Shown in pieces: positions 7,372 through 15,535 of a stretch of 32,000 nucleotides of DNA. Under the pieces are notes generated by a model. That model had not been told where the DNA came from. It did no database searches and was given only the letters and a program-made list of their open reading frames with translations. The position numbers were made by a program, and so were the translations under genes. Within the stretch, counting starts at the first letter, position 1; every line of letters starts with the position of its first letter. The stretch spans positions 1 through 32,000 of the forward strand of contig JBCDLI010000007.1 in the NCBI GenBank assembly GCA_038745535.1. Direction: 5' to 3'. The DNA comes from Pseudomonadota bacterium (GTDB taxonomy: Bacteria; Pseudomonadota; Alphaproteobacteria; Rhizobiales; Rhizobiaceae).

Positions 7372-7893
7372 ATGTCCTATTTTACGCACGAGTTTGAAGA
7401 CGTCATTGCCCTCCACGGTGTCGGCATAAAGAAGGTCCTAACGTATAAAGTCCTCTTCATGCCGCCACACTTTGAGAAGGCACTCCCCTTCGACGTCTAC
7501 CCACGCTTGAGGGTCGAAGGCGAGATCGCTGACGTCCCAGTGCGTGGTGCTTGGATGCCAGTTGGAGACGGGCGGCGATACTTCATCGTATCACCCGAGG
7601 TGAAGAAGCAGACAGGCTTTGACGTAGGTGATCTCGTTGAAATGCGATTTCGGATCGACGATCAAGACCACGTCGATGTCCCGCGAGCTTTGCAGATCGC
7701 ACTGGACGGCAATGCGGAAGCGAACGCTGCATGGGAAGCGCTGACGGCTGGCAAAAAACGTATGTTCACTTTCCATGTAGCCTCGGCAAAGACGGAGCCA
7801 ACAGAGGCCCGCCGTGTCGCTGAGGCCATCGAAGCCATTGGACGCGGCATCACATTGCGCGATCTGCAAAACGAAAGGAAATCAAAAAAGTAG
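7372..7893 (+). CDS. DUF1905 / YdeI (OmpD-associated)-family protein
   Basis: The N-terminal half is DUF1905-like (GRRYFIVSPEVKKQTGFDVGDLVEMRF). The C-terminal half is YdeI-like (AWEALTAGKKRMFTFHVASAKTEPTEARRV). Confidence 0.7.
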   Translation: MSYFTHEFEDVIALHGVGIKKVLTYKVLFMPPHFEKALPFDVYPRLRVEGEIADVPVRGAWMPVGDGRRYFIVSPEVKKQTGFDVGDLVEMRFRIDDQDHVDVPRALQIALDGNAEANAAWEALTAGKKRMFTFHVASAKTEPTEARRVAEAIEAIGRGITLRDLQNERKSKK

Positions 7894-7998
7894 CCTCTAA
7901 AATGATTGATTGACTTTACGTACAAGATACTTGATAATCAAGATATATCTTGAACGGATTTTCGCTGTGGCGTCAATTCCAAGCGTAAGGAGCTTTCA

Positions 7999-8631
7999 AT
8001 GCTATCCATTCTGACAACTATCGCTGCCATCATTGGATGCTTGGCGGTTATCATTATCCTGCTATCGGCCCTGTCCCCGACAAAGCTGGAGTACGAAGAG
8101 GTCATCACCATTAACGCGCCAGCTTGGCAGGTTTACGATGATATCCGGCTCCAACAGCGCCTTATGCGTTGGTCGGCTTGGCCTAAAGAAACCAAATCAA
8201 AATGCGCCGTCGATATCAGCCACACCATTGAAGGCGAGGATGGCACTGTCGGAACGCGCACAGTCTTCTTCTCAAAGGGGAAGCCAATTGGATTTCAGGA
8301 AATACAATCGCTACAACCTAACCATTCCATATCCTTCACCTTGGAAGGAGCTGGACCACCTCACTTTCCAACCATGATGTTCGCTCTTGAAGAGCTTGAT
8401 GAAGACAACACGAAAGTAGTCTTGTCGTTCATCAATCGCATGCCGCCACCATTCAACTTGGTTTGGAACTTTGCGGGCATCAGCAAGTGGACGCGCAAGA
8501 TGCATGTCAAAGACCTTGCTGGTCTGAAAGCATTCTCAGAGCCACCGCATTTAGATGCCGACGGCAACACTGTTGGGCGCGAGATGAACATCCCGAACCC
8601 GTACGAAATTGCCATGCCGGAGGCAGCATAG
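7999..8631 (+). CDS. SRPBCC (START/polyketide-cyclase-like) family protein with an N-terminal TM helix
   Basis: A hydrophobic N-terminus (ILTTIAAIIGCLAVIIILLSAL) is followed by an SRPBCC-like pattern (ITINAPAWQVYDDI...SISFTLEG...KVVLSF). Confidence 0.7.
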   Translation: MLSILTTIAAIIGCLAVIIILLSALSPTKLEYEEVITINAPAWQVYDDIRLQQRLMRWSAWPKETKSKCAVDISHTIEGEDGTVGTRTVFFSKGKPIGFQEIQSLQPNHSISFTLEGAGPPHFPTMMFALEELDEDNTKVVLSFINRMPPPFNLVWNFAGISKWTRKMHVKDLAGLKAFSEPPHLDADGNTVGREMNIPNPYEIAMPEAA

Positions 8632-8633
8632 CC

Positions 8634-9851
8634 ATGGCACAGGACACGCTCACCACCCCGGAAGCGCCATCCGCAGAGCAAAGAAAAAGCAAGGCGGCCA
8701 TTGGCATCCTCATGCTGACGATCTTCCTCGACCTTCTCGGGTTTGGGGTCGTGATACCGCTGTTGCCAGAGTACGCGCGTTCGTTTGGCGCATCAGCGGC
8801 CATGGTTGGCGCACTTGTGGCTGGCTATAGCCTGATGCAATTCATCTTTGGACCGATCTTGGGGGCGTTATCAGATCGGGTCGGTCGCAGGCCTGTTTTA
8901 CTCGGCACGATAGCCATCAATGGCTTTGCATTCGTTATCTTTGGTCTTGCCGGATCACTCGCGATGCTTTTCGCCGCGCGTCTGATATCAGGGATTGCCG
9001 CAGCAAACCTGTCGGTTGCACAAGCCTCGCTGGCCGACATGACGCCACCATCTGAGCGGGCCAAAGTGTTCGGCCTTATCGGCGCTGCGTTTGGCATGGG
9101 CTTTGTCTTCGGACCACCCTTGGGTGCCTTGATTGTAGCGACCCTGGGAACAGCAGCGGTTGGCTACTGCGTGGCGGTACTCTGCGCTTTGAATTTCGTA
9201 TCGGCGTTCTTTTTCTTGAAAGAAACCCGTGATCCCAGCGGCGCAAGCGCTCAAAAGAACAACGGTGGTATGTTCGCATCCTTGCGTGAAGTGCCTGCCA
9301 TTCGTCGGCTTTTTGGGGTCATGTTTCTCTTCACGCTTGGCTTCTCCGTAATGCCAGTCATTGGAGCGCTGATCTTTGCAGACAGGTTCAACCTGACCCC
9401 TGTTCAAATTGGCTATGTGTTTACGGTCATAGGAGTGGCAACAGCAGCCGTCCAAGCGGCCATTGGCCCATTAGCGAAACTCTTCGGGGAACGCAGCGTG
9501 CTTCTCGTAGGGCTTGTCTTTGTTGGTGTTGGTATCGCGGTTTTACCGTTCGTCCCAACCGGGTTGTTCCTTTGGGTCGGTTTGCCAGCTTTAGTGATCT
9601 ACGCCTTTGGTCATGCCTTCGTTTATCCAACACTTACTGCTCTCGTTGCCGCTGAGACCGATGAAGCAAGACAAGGCACCGTACTTGGACAACTGCAAGC
9701 GGCAGGCTCTTTAGCCTTGGTGATTGGTCCGTTGGGTGCAGGGTACCTTTATGACGCATCTTTGAGGACACCGTTCGTCGTCACAGGTATCGTGCTTGTA
9801 TGCGCGATTGTCTTGGCTCTCACCCATCCGCGCAACCGGATCACGATTTAA
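8634..9851 (+). CDS. MFS transporter (TCR/Tet-like drug:H+ antiporter family)
   Basis: The MFS signature GALSDRVGRRPVLL is present with about 12 predicted hydrophobic spans. The start is placed at ATG 8634 (MAQDTL...), 2 nt after the SRPBCC stop. The 8463 track start would overlap the SRPBCC gene with non-protein-like sequence. Confidence 0.9.
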   Translation: MAQDTLTTPEAPSAEQRKSKAAIGILMLTIFLDLLGFGVVIPLLPEYARSFGASAAMVGALVAGYSLMQFIFGPILGALSDRVGRRPVLLGTIAINGFAFVIFGLAGSLAMLFAARLISGIAAANLSVAQASLADMTPPSERAKVFGLIGAAFGMGFVFGPPLGALIVATLGTAAVGYCVAVLCALNFVSAFFFLKETRDPSGASAQKNNGGMFASLREVPAIRRLFGVMFLFTLGFSVMPVIGALIFADRFNLTPVQIGYVFTVIGVATAAVQAAIGPLAKLFGERSVLLVGLVFVGVGIAVLPFVPTGLFLWVGLPALVIYAFGHAFVYPTLTALVAAETDEARQGTVLGQLQAAGSLALVIGPLGAGYLYDASLRTPFVVTGIVLVCAIVLALTHPRNRITI

Positions 9852-9930
9852 CCACTGTCGTCTCTGACAGAGATGCGCTTGCTAGGCCGCTCCAAATCTT
9901 CAGCCTAATCCATTGCAGACGCTGGCTACG

Positions 9931-10272
9931 TTATTGCGCTCGCAAGATGTCATCGAGGCGAAACGTCACCTTCGACTTCAACAGCTCGATCAGCTCGGGA
10001 TCATCACGCTCATACTCATCGGGGATGCTGAGCGTGATGATCCGGTTGTCCGGTGGCCGCTGTTTCTTGAATTTGCGCCTGATCCGTTCGCGGTGCTGGT
10101 TTTCCATCGCAAAGATCAGATCAACACTTGCCACAAGCTCTGGGGTTAGAGGCACGGGCGCGCCTGCGTCCGTCCCTGCTGATAGCGCTTCGATACCGGG
10201 ATAGTCCCTGAAGACATCCTCGGCGGTCGGGCTTCGCAGCTTATTGGCGGTGCAGACGAACAAAACTCTCAT
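9931..10272 (-). CDS. Minimal low-molecular-weight phosphotyrosine-phosphatase-like protein
   Basis: A CX5R(S) P-loop is present at the N-terminus (VCTANKLRSP). The protein has a single Cys, so an ArsC-type thiol cascade is unlikely. The track start at 10281 is a TTG; I prefer ATG 10272 (MRVLFVC...). Confidence 0.7.
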   Translation of the reverse strand: MRVLFVCTANKLRSPTAEDVFRDYPGIEALSAGTDAGAPVPLTPELVASVDLIFAMENQHRERIRRKFKKQRPPDNRIITLSIPDEYERDDPELIELLKSKVTFRLDDILRAQ

Positions 10273-10311
10273 GTCCGGCAAGATACCGCAGATGATCTTG
10301 TGTCGGAATCC

Positions 10312-11124
10312 CTATTCCGCTTTCGGGCTGATGTCGGTCACCTTCACAAGCTCAACCTCGAAATCTGGATCGAATATCTGAAGGTCGTGCCTGCGCCGCG
10401 TCGCCGCGTGCAAGCCGTTGAACGTCAGATGGCCTTGGAGAGTCAGCGGCTCGTCGGAAACCGTGGTAAGCCGATAGAGCCGCGTTTCCAAAAGCGACTT
10501 CGTCACCATTAAGAAGCCGGATATGCCGAACGGCATAAGCACCCCTGAATTCGATATCGCGATAGGGTTTTCAGGGAATGTGTCTATTTCTGGATCGATG
10601 GCGACATTGGTCACAGCATCGGCAATCAATAGCGCGTTGCTGCGCTCAAGAGGCGTCATGGCGATGAGCGCATACGCGATATCAAATGTTGGCCGTGGTA
10701 GTTCAAAATACTCATGCGGGACGCTTCCAATGCCCTTTGGCGGTGGTGCTTTTGAAGCGGGCCGCATCGGACGCAAATAGGCTTGGTATCGTCCAACCAA
10801 ACCTGACAAGTCGGCGTTTTGGTCCTGCGCCTGAGAAAACAGCCGCGCAACGGCGATTGCACTTTCCTCGACACCTTCGGGCGCGACCTGATTCAGATAT
10901 GCCTCAACAGCCGCGATGAAGTCTTCGGGCTGTTTTCGGTTTTCTTTCAAAAAGCGCGCAATGCGCCTTTGCCCGCCGTAGTCGGCAGCGGCAAAGCCCG
11001 TCTTTTCGGTGATCTGATCCGAAATCCTCTGCGCGCTCAGCCCGTAGCGCTCCGCGTGCGCTTGTAGGCGCGCGCGAAGTCTTGCTCGCTCACTGTCTGT
11101 GTAATGGGCCGGGGCCTTCGCCAT
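10312..11124 (-). CDS. Hypothetical protein (270 aa): helical HTH-like N-terminus plus an unknown beta-rich C-terminal domain
   Basis: This is a long ORF with an ATG start and protein-like composition. No family motif was recognised. The segment YGLSAQRISDQITEKTG is HTH-like. It lies 30 nt upstream of the phosphatase-like gene and is divergent from traG/virD4. Confidence 0.6.
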   Translation of the reverse strand: MAKAPAHYTDSERARLRARLQAHAERYGLSAQRISDQITEKTGFAAADYGGQRRIARFLKENRKQPEDFIAAVEAYLNQVAPEGVEESAIAVARLFSQAQDQNADLSGLVGRYQAYLRPMRPASKAPPPKGIGSVPHEYFELPRPTFDIAYALIAMTPLERSNALLIADAVTNVAIDPEIDTFPENPIAISNSGVLMPFGISGFLMVTKSLLETRLYRLTTVSDEPLTLQGHLTFNGLHAATRRRHDLQIFDPDFEVELVKVTDISPKAE

Positions 11125-11216
11125 GCGTGTCTAACTTGTGTCCAAGCAATTCTGAGTTCCGTCGCCAATATTCGTCTGCAACGCGGCACGCCGTGTCAAC
11201 GAATGGACGGACGAAG

Positions 11217-12884
11217 ATGGCAGCTAAAGGCAACAATGGATCGGGGTATGGGACGCTACTTGCTGGCGTATCCATCTTTGCGTTCTCGACCTACTGGCCC
11301 GACATCTTCGGCGTCACCCCCGACACCTATGACACGCTGGTCAGCGGCTTTGGTCAGTTCATCGGAGGGCTGACAGCCCTCCAAGGCTTGGCGGAGGCCT
11401 ACCGCGCTATTCAAGCCAAGGAACAGCGCAAGGCGCTTGAACAAACCACTGGCACGTTTGGGACGGCTGACTTCGCGGATGCTGAAACCATCGAAGCCAA
11501 GGGCTTGTACGATCCAAACGGTCTGTATCTTGGCCTGCACAATGGTCAGCCAATCTTTAACAAAGGAAAGGCGCACCTTCTAACGTGTGCGCCTGCCCGC
11601 CAGGGCAAGGGTATCAGCGCCGTTATTCCGAACGCTCTGCATTATCCGGGATCGATGGTTATCACAGACCCTAAGGGTGAGCTTGCCGCCGTCACTGGCG
11701 AGCACCGCGAGGCGCGTTTCGGGCAAAAGATCGCGTATTTCAATCCCTACCGTTTGCACGGCCTACCGCAGCACCGGATCAACGGGCTTGAAGATATCTT
11801 GCTGAGCGCAGGCGACCCGCAGGGTCAGCGTGAGCTAATGGCGAAAGCACGCCGCAAAGCCTTTCAACTCTACCCGGAGCCAGAGGACGGACGGAACCGC
11901 GTGTTCCGCGACGGTGCGCGCGATCTGCTTGCTTTCTCGCCTGTGTTCAATGCGCTGTTCGAGCCTGAAAGCTGTACGCTGCCCGGCATCTATCGCGATA
12001 TTGCGAACCCAAGGCGGCTTCGGAAAAAGCTCCTGACTGCGCGCGACTCCGATGCGTTGGGCGGTGCGCTTGCCGATATGGCCGATGACATCCTTCAGCA
12101 AATGGAAGACACGCCAGAATTGTTCGGCAGCTTTCGTGCCGGAGCCATCCAGCAAGTCAGCATCTATGAACCAAGCGGCTATCTCGCCGATGCCGTTAGC
12201 GGGTCGGACATTTCGCTCGCTGATCTAAAGTCGGGCGATACGACGCTCTATCTCATGATGCCGCCTGAACGGATTGCCTCTGAAGGCGCTGCACTCGGCT
12301 TGATCGTGAATGAGGCCATCGCTGCCGTGTCGCGTTCTGAGGAAGATGGCGAAGCACTCTTTCTACTCGATGAGTTTGCGAACATTGGCAGGCTATCCAG
12401 TCTAGCGGAAAGCTTGACGACGCTACCTGGCCTGGGTGTTCGCGTCTGGATGATTGTGCAGGAAGAAGCCGAACTTGTGCGTCTGTATGGGCCAAACACG
12501 GCCCAAACGATCAAGTCGCAATCCGAAGTCCGGCAATACTTCGCTGTCAACAGCGCTGCCCTCGCGCAATCGCTTTCACGCGAGTTGGGCACGCGGACGG
12601 TTCGCACGCGCAGTCACAATCTCGGTCACGCCGTCACTGACGATGTCGGCGAAAGCATCGGCGAAGCGGGCCAGCCGCTCATGCGGCCTGAAGAGATCAT
12701 GCAGCTCGGACCCTCGGACCAACTGCTGATGGTCAACGGTCTCAAGCCAATCCTGGGGCAGCGCATTCCGTTCTGGCACGTCGATCCATGGAACGGCTGG
12801 GCCGCGACCAACCCCGTCGAAGGGGAAACGCCGAATGCCGAGACGCTCGTGCGGCTCCGATACACCCTCGACGAAGATGAATGA
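11217..12884 (+). CDS. Type IV secretion coupling protein (TraG/VirD4 family)
   Basis: An N-terminal TM segment is present. The Walker A context is CAPARQGKGISAVIPNAL and Walker B is LFLLDEFANIGRL. The start is set at ATG 11217 because the upstream 45 track codons are Cys/Pro-rich and not protein-like. Confidence 0.9.
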   Translation: MAAKGNNGSGYGTLLAGVSIFAFSTYWPDIFGVTPDTYDTLVSGFGQFIGGLTALQGLAEAYRAIQAKEQRKALEQTTGTFGTADFADAETIEAKGLYDPNGLYLGLHNGQPIFNKGKAHLLTCAPARQGKGISAVIPNALHYPGSMVITDPKGELAAVTGEHREARFGQKIAYFNPYRLHGLPQHRINGLEDILLSAGDPQGQRELMAKARRKAFQLYPEPEDGRNRVFRDGARDLLAFSPVFNALFEPESCTLPGIYRDIANPRRLRKKLLTARDSDALGGALADMADDILQQMEDTPELFGSFRAGAIQQVSIYEPSGYLADAVSGSDISLADLKSGDTTLYLMMPPERIASEGAALGLIVNEAIAAVSRSEEDGEALFLLDEFANIGRLSSLAESLTTLPGLGVRVWMIVQEEAELVRLYGPNTAQTIKSQSEVRQYFAVNSAALAQSLSRELGTRTVRTRSHNLGHAVTDDVGESIGEAGQPLMRPEEIMQLGPSDQLLMVNGLKPILGQRIPFWHVDPWNGWAATNPVEGETPNAETLVRLRYTLDEDE

Positions 12885-12899
12885 AGAAAGGAGGCACTG

Positions 12900-13259
12900 A
12901 TGAGGAGGATACGAGTTCAAGTGCTGGGCGGTATGCCGCCGCGTCGGCCCGATGGACCGATCAAAAAAGCCTGGCGGCTCTTACGTCAAACGGCTTGCGC
13001 CCTGCTGCGGCGACCAGGACTGGCCATTCTTGCCAGCGGCGTCGCCTTCATGGGCTTTGTCGGCACACCGCACATCGCTTGGGAGTACCAGTGCAGGCAT
13101 CAGACCCTCGGTCACGCATCCTGCCAGGAAGCTCTGTGGTGCGCCTACTACGGCATCGAAGGCCGCCGCGTCGAATGGATGGATCGCGGACAGCCCTGCA
13201 AGCTGATCACAATTCTACCAACCGACTGGATCGCTCTTATTGAAAGGAACACGCAATGA
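12900..13259 (+). CDS. Hypothetical small membrane protein (119 aa)
   Basis: A strong SD (AAAGGAGG) lies 5 nt upstream of ATG 12900. One hydrophobic helix is present (LAILASGVAFMGFVG). It lies downstream of the coupling-protein gene. Confidence 0.6.
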   Translation: MRRIRVQVLGGMPPRRPDGPIKKAWRLLRQTACALLRRPGLAILASGVAFMGFVGTPHIAWEYQCRHQTLGHASCQEALWCAYYGIEGRRVEWMDRGQPCKLITILPTDWIALIERNTQ

Positions 13260-13528
13260 ACGAAGCAAACCTGCAATTTCGCCTCTGCGACGAGCACGCG
13301 GACAAACTCGAAGACCTTGCGCACTACTTGGCAGGTGATCGCACTGAAGAGTTTTCGAAGATGCTTTTTATCATGGCGCTCGATGACTTGCACAAGCAGT
13401 TCGAAGCATGGGTGAACTTCCGTGCGCAGTACGATGACAAGAAGTTTCGGATCGAGACCGACGCGGGAAAAGGACCGAATGTGCCTTACCCGCACAACCT
13501 CGAAATCGATGATGAGATTCCGTTCTAA
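13256..13528 (+). CDS. Hypothetical protein (90 aa), possibly RHH-like
   Basis: It has an ATGA overlap with the preceding ORF. The pattern is LQFRL (strand), then helices DEHADKLEDLAHYL and EEFSKMLFIMALDDL. The family assignment is an inference. Confidence 0.5.
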   Translation: MNEANLQFRLCDEHADKLEDLAHYLAGDRTEEFSKMLFIMALDDLHKQFEAWVNFRAQYDDKKFRIETDAGKGPNVPYPHNLEIDDEIPF

Positions 13529-13571
13529 CCCGCAGAATTTGTGGGCTTTGAGCGGATCATGGTAAAATAAA

Positions 13572-13599
13572 AGTGGGTATTCGAAATAGAATACCCACT
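13572..13599. repeat. Perfect 11-bp inverted repeat AGTGGGTATTC-gaaata-GAATACCCACT
   Basis: Read directly in the AT-rich gap upstream of the 13620 ORF. No trailing T-tract is present, so a protein-binding site is more likely than a terminator. Confidence 0.5.
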
Positions 13600-13619
13600 C
13601 CCTTGAAGGGAAAAGAACT

Positions 13620-13925
13620 ATGAAAGATGAATTTAATACATTGAAGGGCAATGCGCCTTTCGAAAACGGGATCGCTTACTCAAAACCGTCGCTGGCGGTC
13701 GATGTCGAGAAGTATCAAGCTTACCTCGACGAGGCCGACATGACCGAAGAGCAAAAAGAAGAATTCTTACAAGCGCTTTGGTCCATCATCGTCTCCTTCG
13801 TTGACCTCGGCTTCGGCATTCATCCGATGCAATCGGTATGTGGAGAAGATGAGGCTGGCGACGATAAAAACCCACGAAAAAACATGGACATGCTAGTATC
13901 TGAAGAGTTCAACGCAGATCACTAG
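13620..13925 (+). CDS. Hypothetical, strongly acidic small protein (101 aa)
   Basis: An SD-like GAAGGGA lies upstream of the start. There are about 22 Asp/Glu against about 8 Lys/Arg. The central hydrophobic segment is FLQALWSIIVSFVDLGFGI. It sits immediately upstream of the recombinase. Confidence 0.6.
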   Translation: MKDEFNTLKGNAPFENGIAYSKPSLAVDVEKYQAYLDEADMTEEQKEEFLQALWSIIVSFVDLGFGIHPMQSVCGEDEAGDDKNPRKNMDMLVSEEFNADH

Positions 13926-13966
13926 AAGAAAAGGGTATTGGCTCAAGCGAGCCGTTTGGAGGCAAG

Positions 13967-15535
13967 ATGCGCGATTTTGAAAACGAAAACCAAGGACCGA
14001 CGAAGGCGGTCATCTACTGCCGTGTTTCCAGCACGAAGCAGACCGTGCGCGGCGATGGCCTTGGTTCGCAGGAAACGCGCTGCCGCGAGTTCGCAAAATA
14101 CAAGAGCTATGAAGTCGTGAAGGTCTTCACCGATGACAGTTCGGGGAGCCTCACGTCCCGCCCTGGCATGCAAGCCATGCTTGCGTTTTTGAGCGCCAAT
14201 CGGAAAGAGCCGCACGCTGTCATCATTGACGACATCAGCCGACTTGCTCGTGGCTTGATGGCCCATTTCGAGCTGCGTGTGAAAATCAGCGATGCTGGCG
14301 GCGTTCTTGTCAGCCCGTCGATTGAATTCGGCGAAGATTCGGACTCGCAGCTTGTCGAGAACCTTCTGGCTTCCGTGTCACAGCATCAGCGCCAAAAGAA
14401 CGGCGAGCAAACCGTAAACCGCATGCGTGCGCGCGTGCAAAGTGGCTTCTGGGTGTTTCAAGCCCCTATCGGTTACCGCTACGAACGCATGAGCGGTCGC
14501 GGTAAGGTCTTGGTGCGAGACGAGCCGCACGCGTCGATCTTGCAAGAGGCTCTGGAAGGCTATGCCTGTGGACGCTTCGAAACGCAGGTCGAAGTGAAGC
14601 GCTTCCTTGAAAGCCAGCATGCCTTTCCAAAGGATTTGCCGAACGGCGAAATCCGCAATCAGCGCGTATATGAGTATCTGACGCGTGCGCTTTATGCGGG
14701 CTATGTCGAAGCTCCGAAGTGGGATGTGTCGCTGCGCAAAGGGCAGCACGAGGGCCTGATCGACCTCGCAACCTTCGAAAAGATACAAGAGCGGCTTACG
14801 AGCACGGCGAAGGCTCCTGCGCGCAAAGATATCAGCGCAGACTTCCCGTTGCGCGGTTTCATCCTGTGCAACGATTGTGAGAAGCCCCTGACCGCATGTT
14901 GGTCTAAGGGCAAGAAGCAGAAGTATCCGTATTATCTCTGCCCGACCAAAGGGTGTCCGAGCTATCGCAAATCGATCAAGCGGGAAACGCTTGAAGGAGA
15001 GTTCGAAGACATTCTGAAGTCACTACAGCCCACAGAAGGACTGTTCACGCTTGTGAAAGCGATGTTCCGCGATGCGTGGGAAATGCGCAAAGCGCGTGCT
15101 TCCGAGTCTGCCAAGGGCATCAAGGCCGACATCAAGAAGATCGAAAAGCAAATCGATCAATTTCTTGATCGCATCGTCGATGCGAGCAACGACTCCGTTG
15201 TATCTGCTTACGAAAAGCGGATCGCAAAGCTTGAGCGCGAGAAAATGCTGGCTGAAGAGAAGATCGCAAAAAGTGGCAAACCTCGGCATACCTTTGAGGA
15301 GTCGTTCGAACACGCCATACGATTCTTATCAAGCCCTTGGGATATATGGAGAAAATCGGATTTAGCCCTGAAGAAAACCGTCCTCAGACTGGCGTTTTTG
15401 GAGCCTTTGCCATACAGCCGGGAAACAGGACTTCGAACACCTAATTTAGCATTACCTTTCAAGGCTTTAGGTGATTTTTGCAGCAACAAATGTGAGATGG
15501 CGCACCCGGGAAGATTCGAACTCCCGACCCCTTGA
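13967..15535 (+). CDS. Large serine recombinase (resolvase/invertase N-domain, recombinase domain, zinc ribbon, coiled coil)
   Basis: The catalytic-serine motif is AVIYCRVSSTKQ, and IIDDISRLARG is also present. The zinc-ribbon cysteines are CNDC...CPTKGC. A long coiled coil follows. An SD (GGAGG) precedes ATG 13967. The last ~12 codons are read from the antisense of the tRNA gene. Confidence 0.9.
   Translation: MRDFENENQGPTKAVIYCRVSSTKQTVRGDGLGSQETRCREFAKYKSYEVVKVFTDDSSGSLTSRPGMQAMLAFLSANRKEPHAVIIDDISRLARGLMAHFELRVKISDAGGVLVSPSIEFGEDSDSQLVENLLASVSQHQRQKNGEQTVNRMRARVQSGFWVFQAPIGYRYERMSGRGKVLVRDEPHASILQEALEGYACGRFETQVEVKRFLESQHAFPKDLPNGEIRNQRVYEYLTRALYAGYVEAPKWDVSLRKGQHEGLIDLATFEKIQERLTSTAKAPARKDISADFPLRGFILCNDCEKPLTACWSKGKKQKYPYYLCPTKGCPSYRKSIKRETLEGEFEDILKSLQPTEGLFTLVKAMFRDAWEMRKARASESAKGIKADIKKIEKQIDQFLDRIVDASNDSVVSAYEKRIAKLEREKMLAEEKIAKSGKPRHTFEESFEHAIRFLSSPWDIWRKSDLALKKTVLRLAFLEPLPYSRETGLRTPNLALPFKALGDFCSNKCEMAHPGRFELPTP

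Larger units (their letters stand above)
1..15497. mobile_element. Partial integrative mobilizable element / genomic island abutting the tRNA-Arg 3' end; left boundary lies outside the window
   Basis: It contains mobC plus a relaxase, a T4SS coupling protein and a large serine recombinase next to the tRNA 3' end. It also carries defence and efflux cargo. No mating-pair-formation genes are present. Housekeeping genes start immediately beyond the tRNA. Confidence 0.7.

Noticed and set aside
8463-8633. Extended start of the MFS ORF, and ORF 8033-8377
   Set aside because: Both overlap the SRPBCC gene out of frame with Cys/Arg/His-rich sequence. The MFS protein begins naturally at MAQDTL (8634).
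11082-11216. 45-codon N-terminal extension of the TraG/VirD4 ORF
   Set aside because: The sequence is Cys/Pro/Ser-rich and overlaps the divergent 270-aa gene start. ATG 11217 precedes the expected TM segment.
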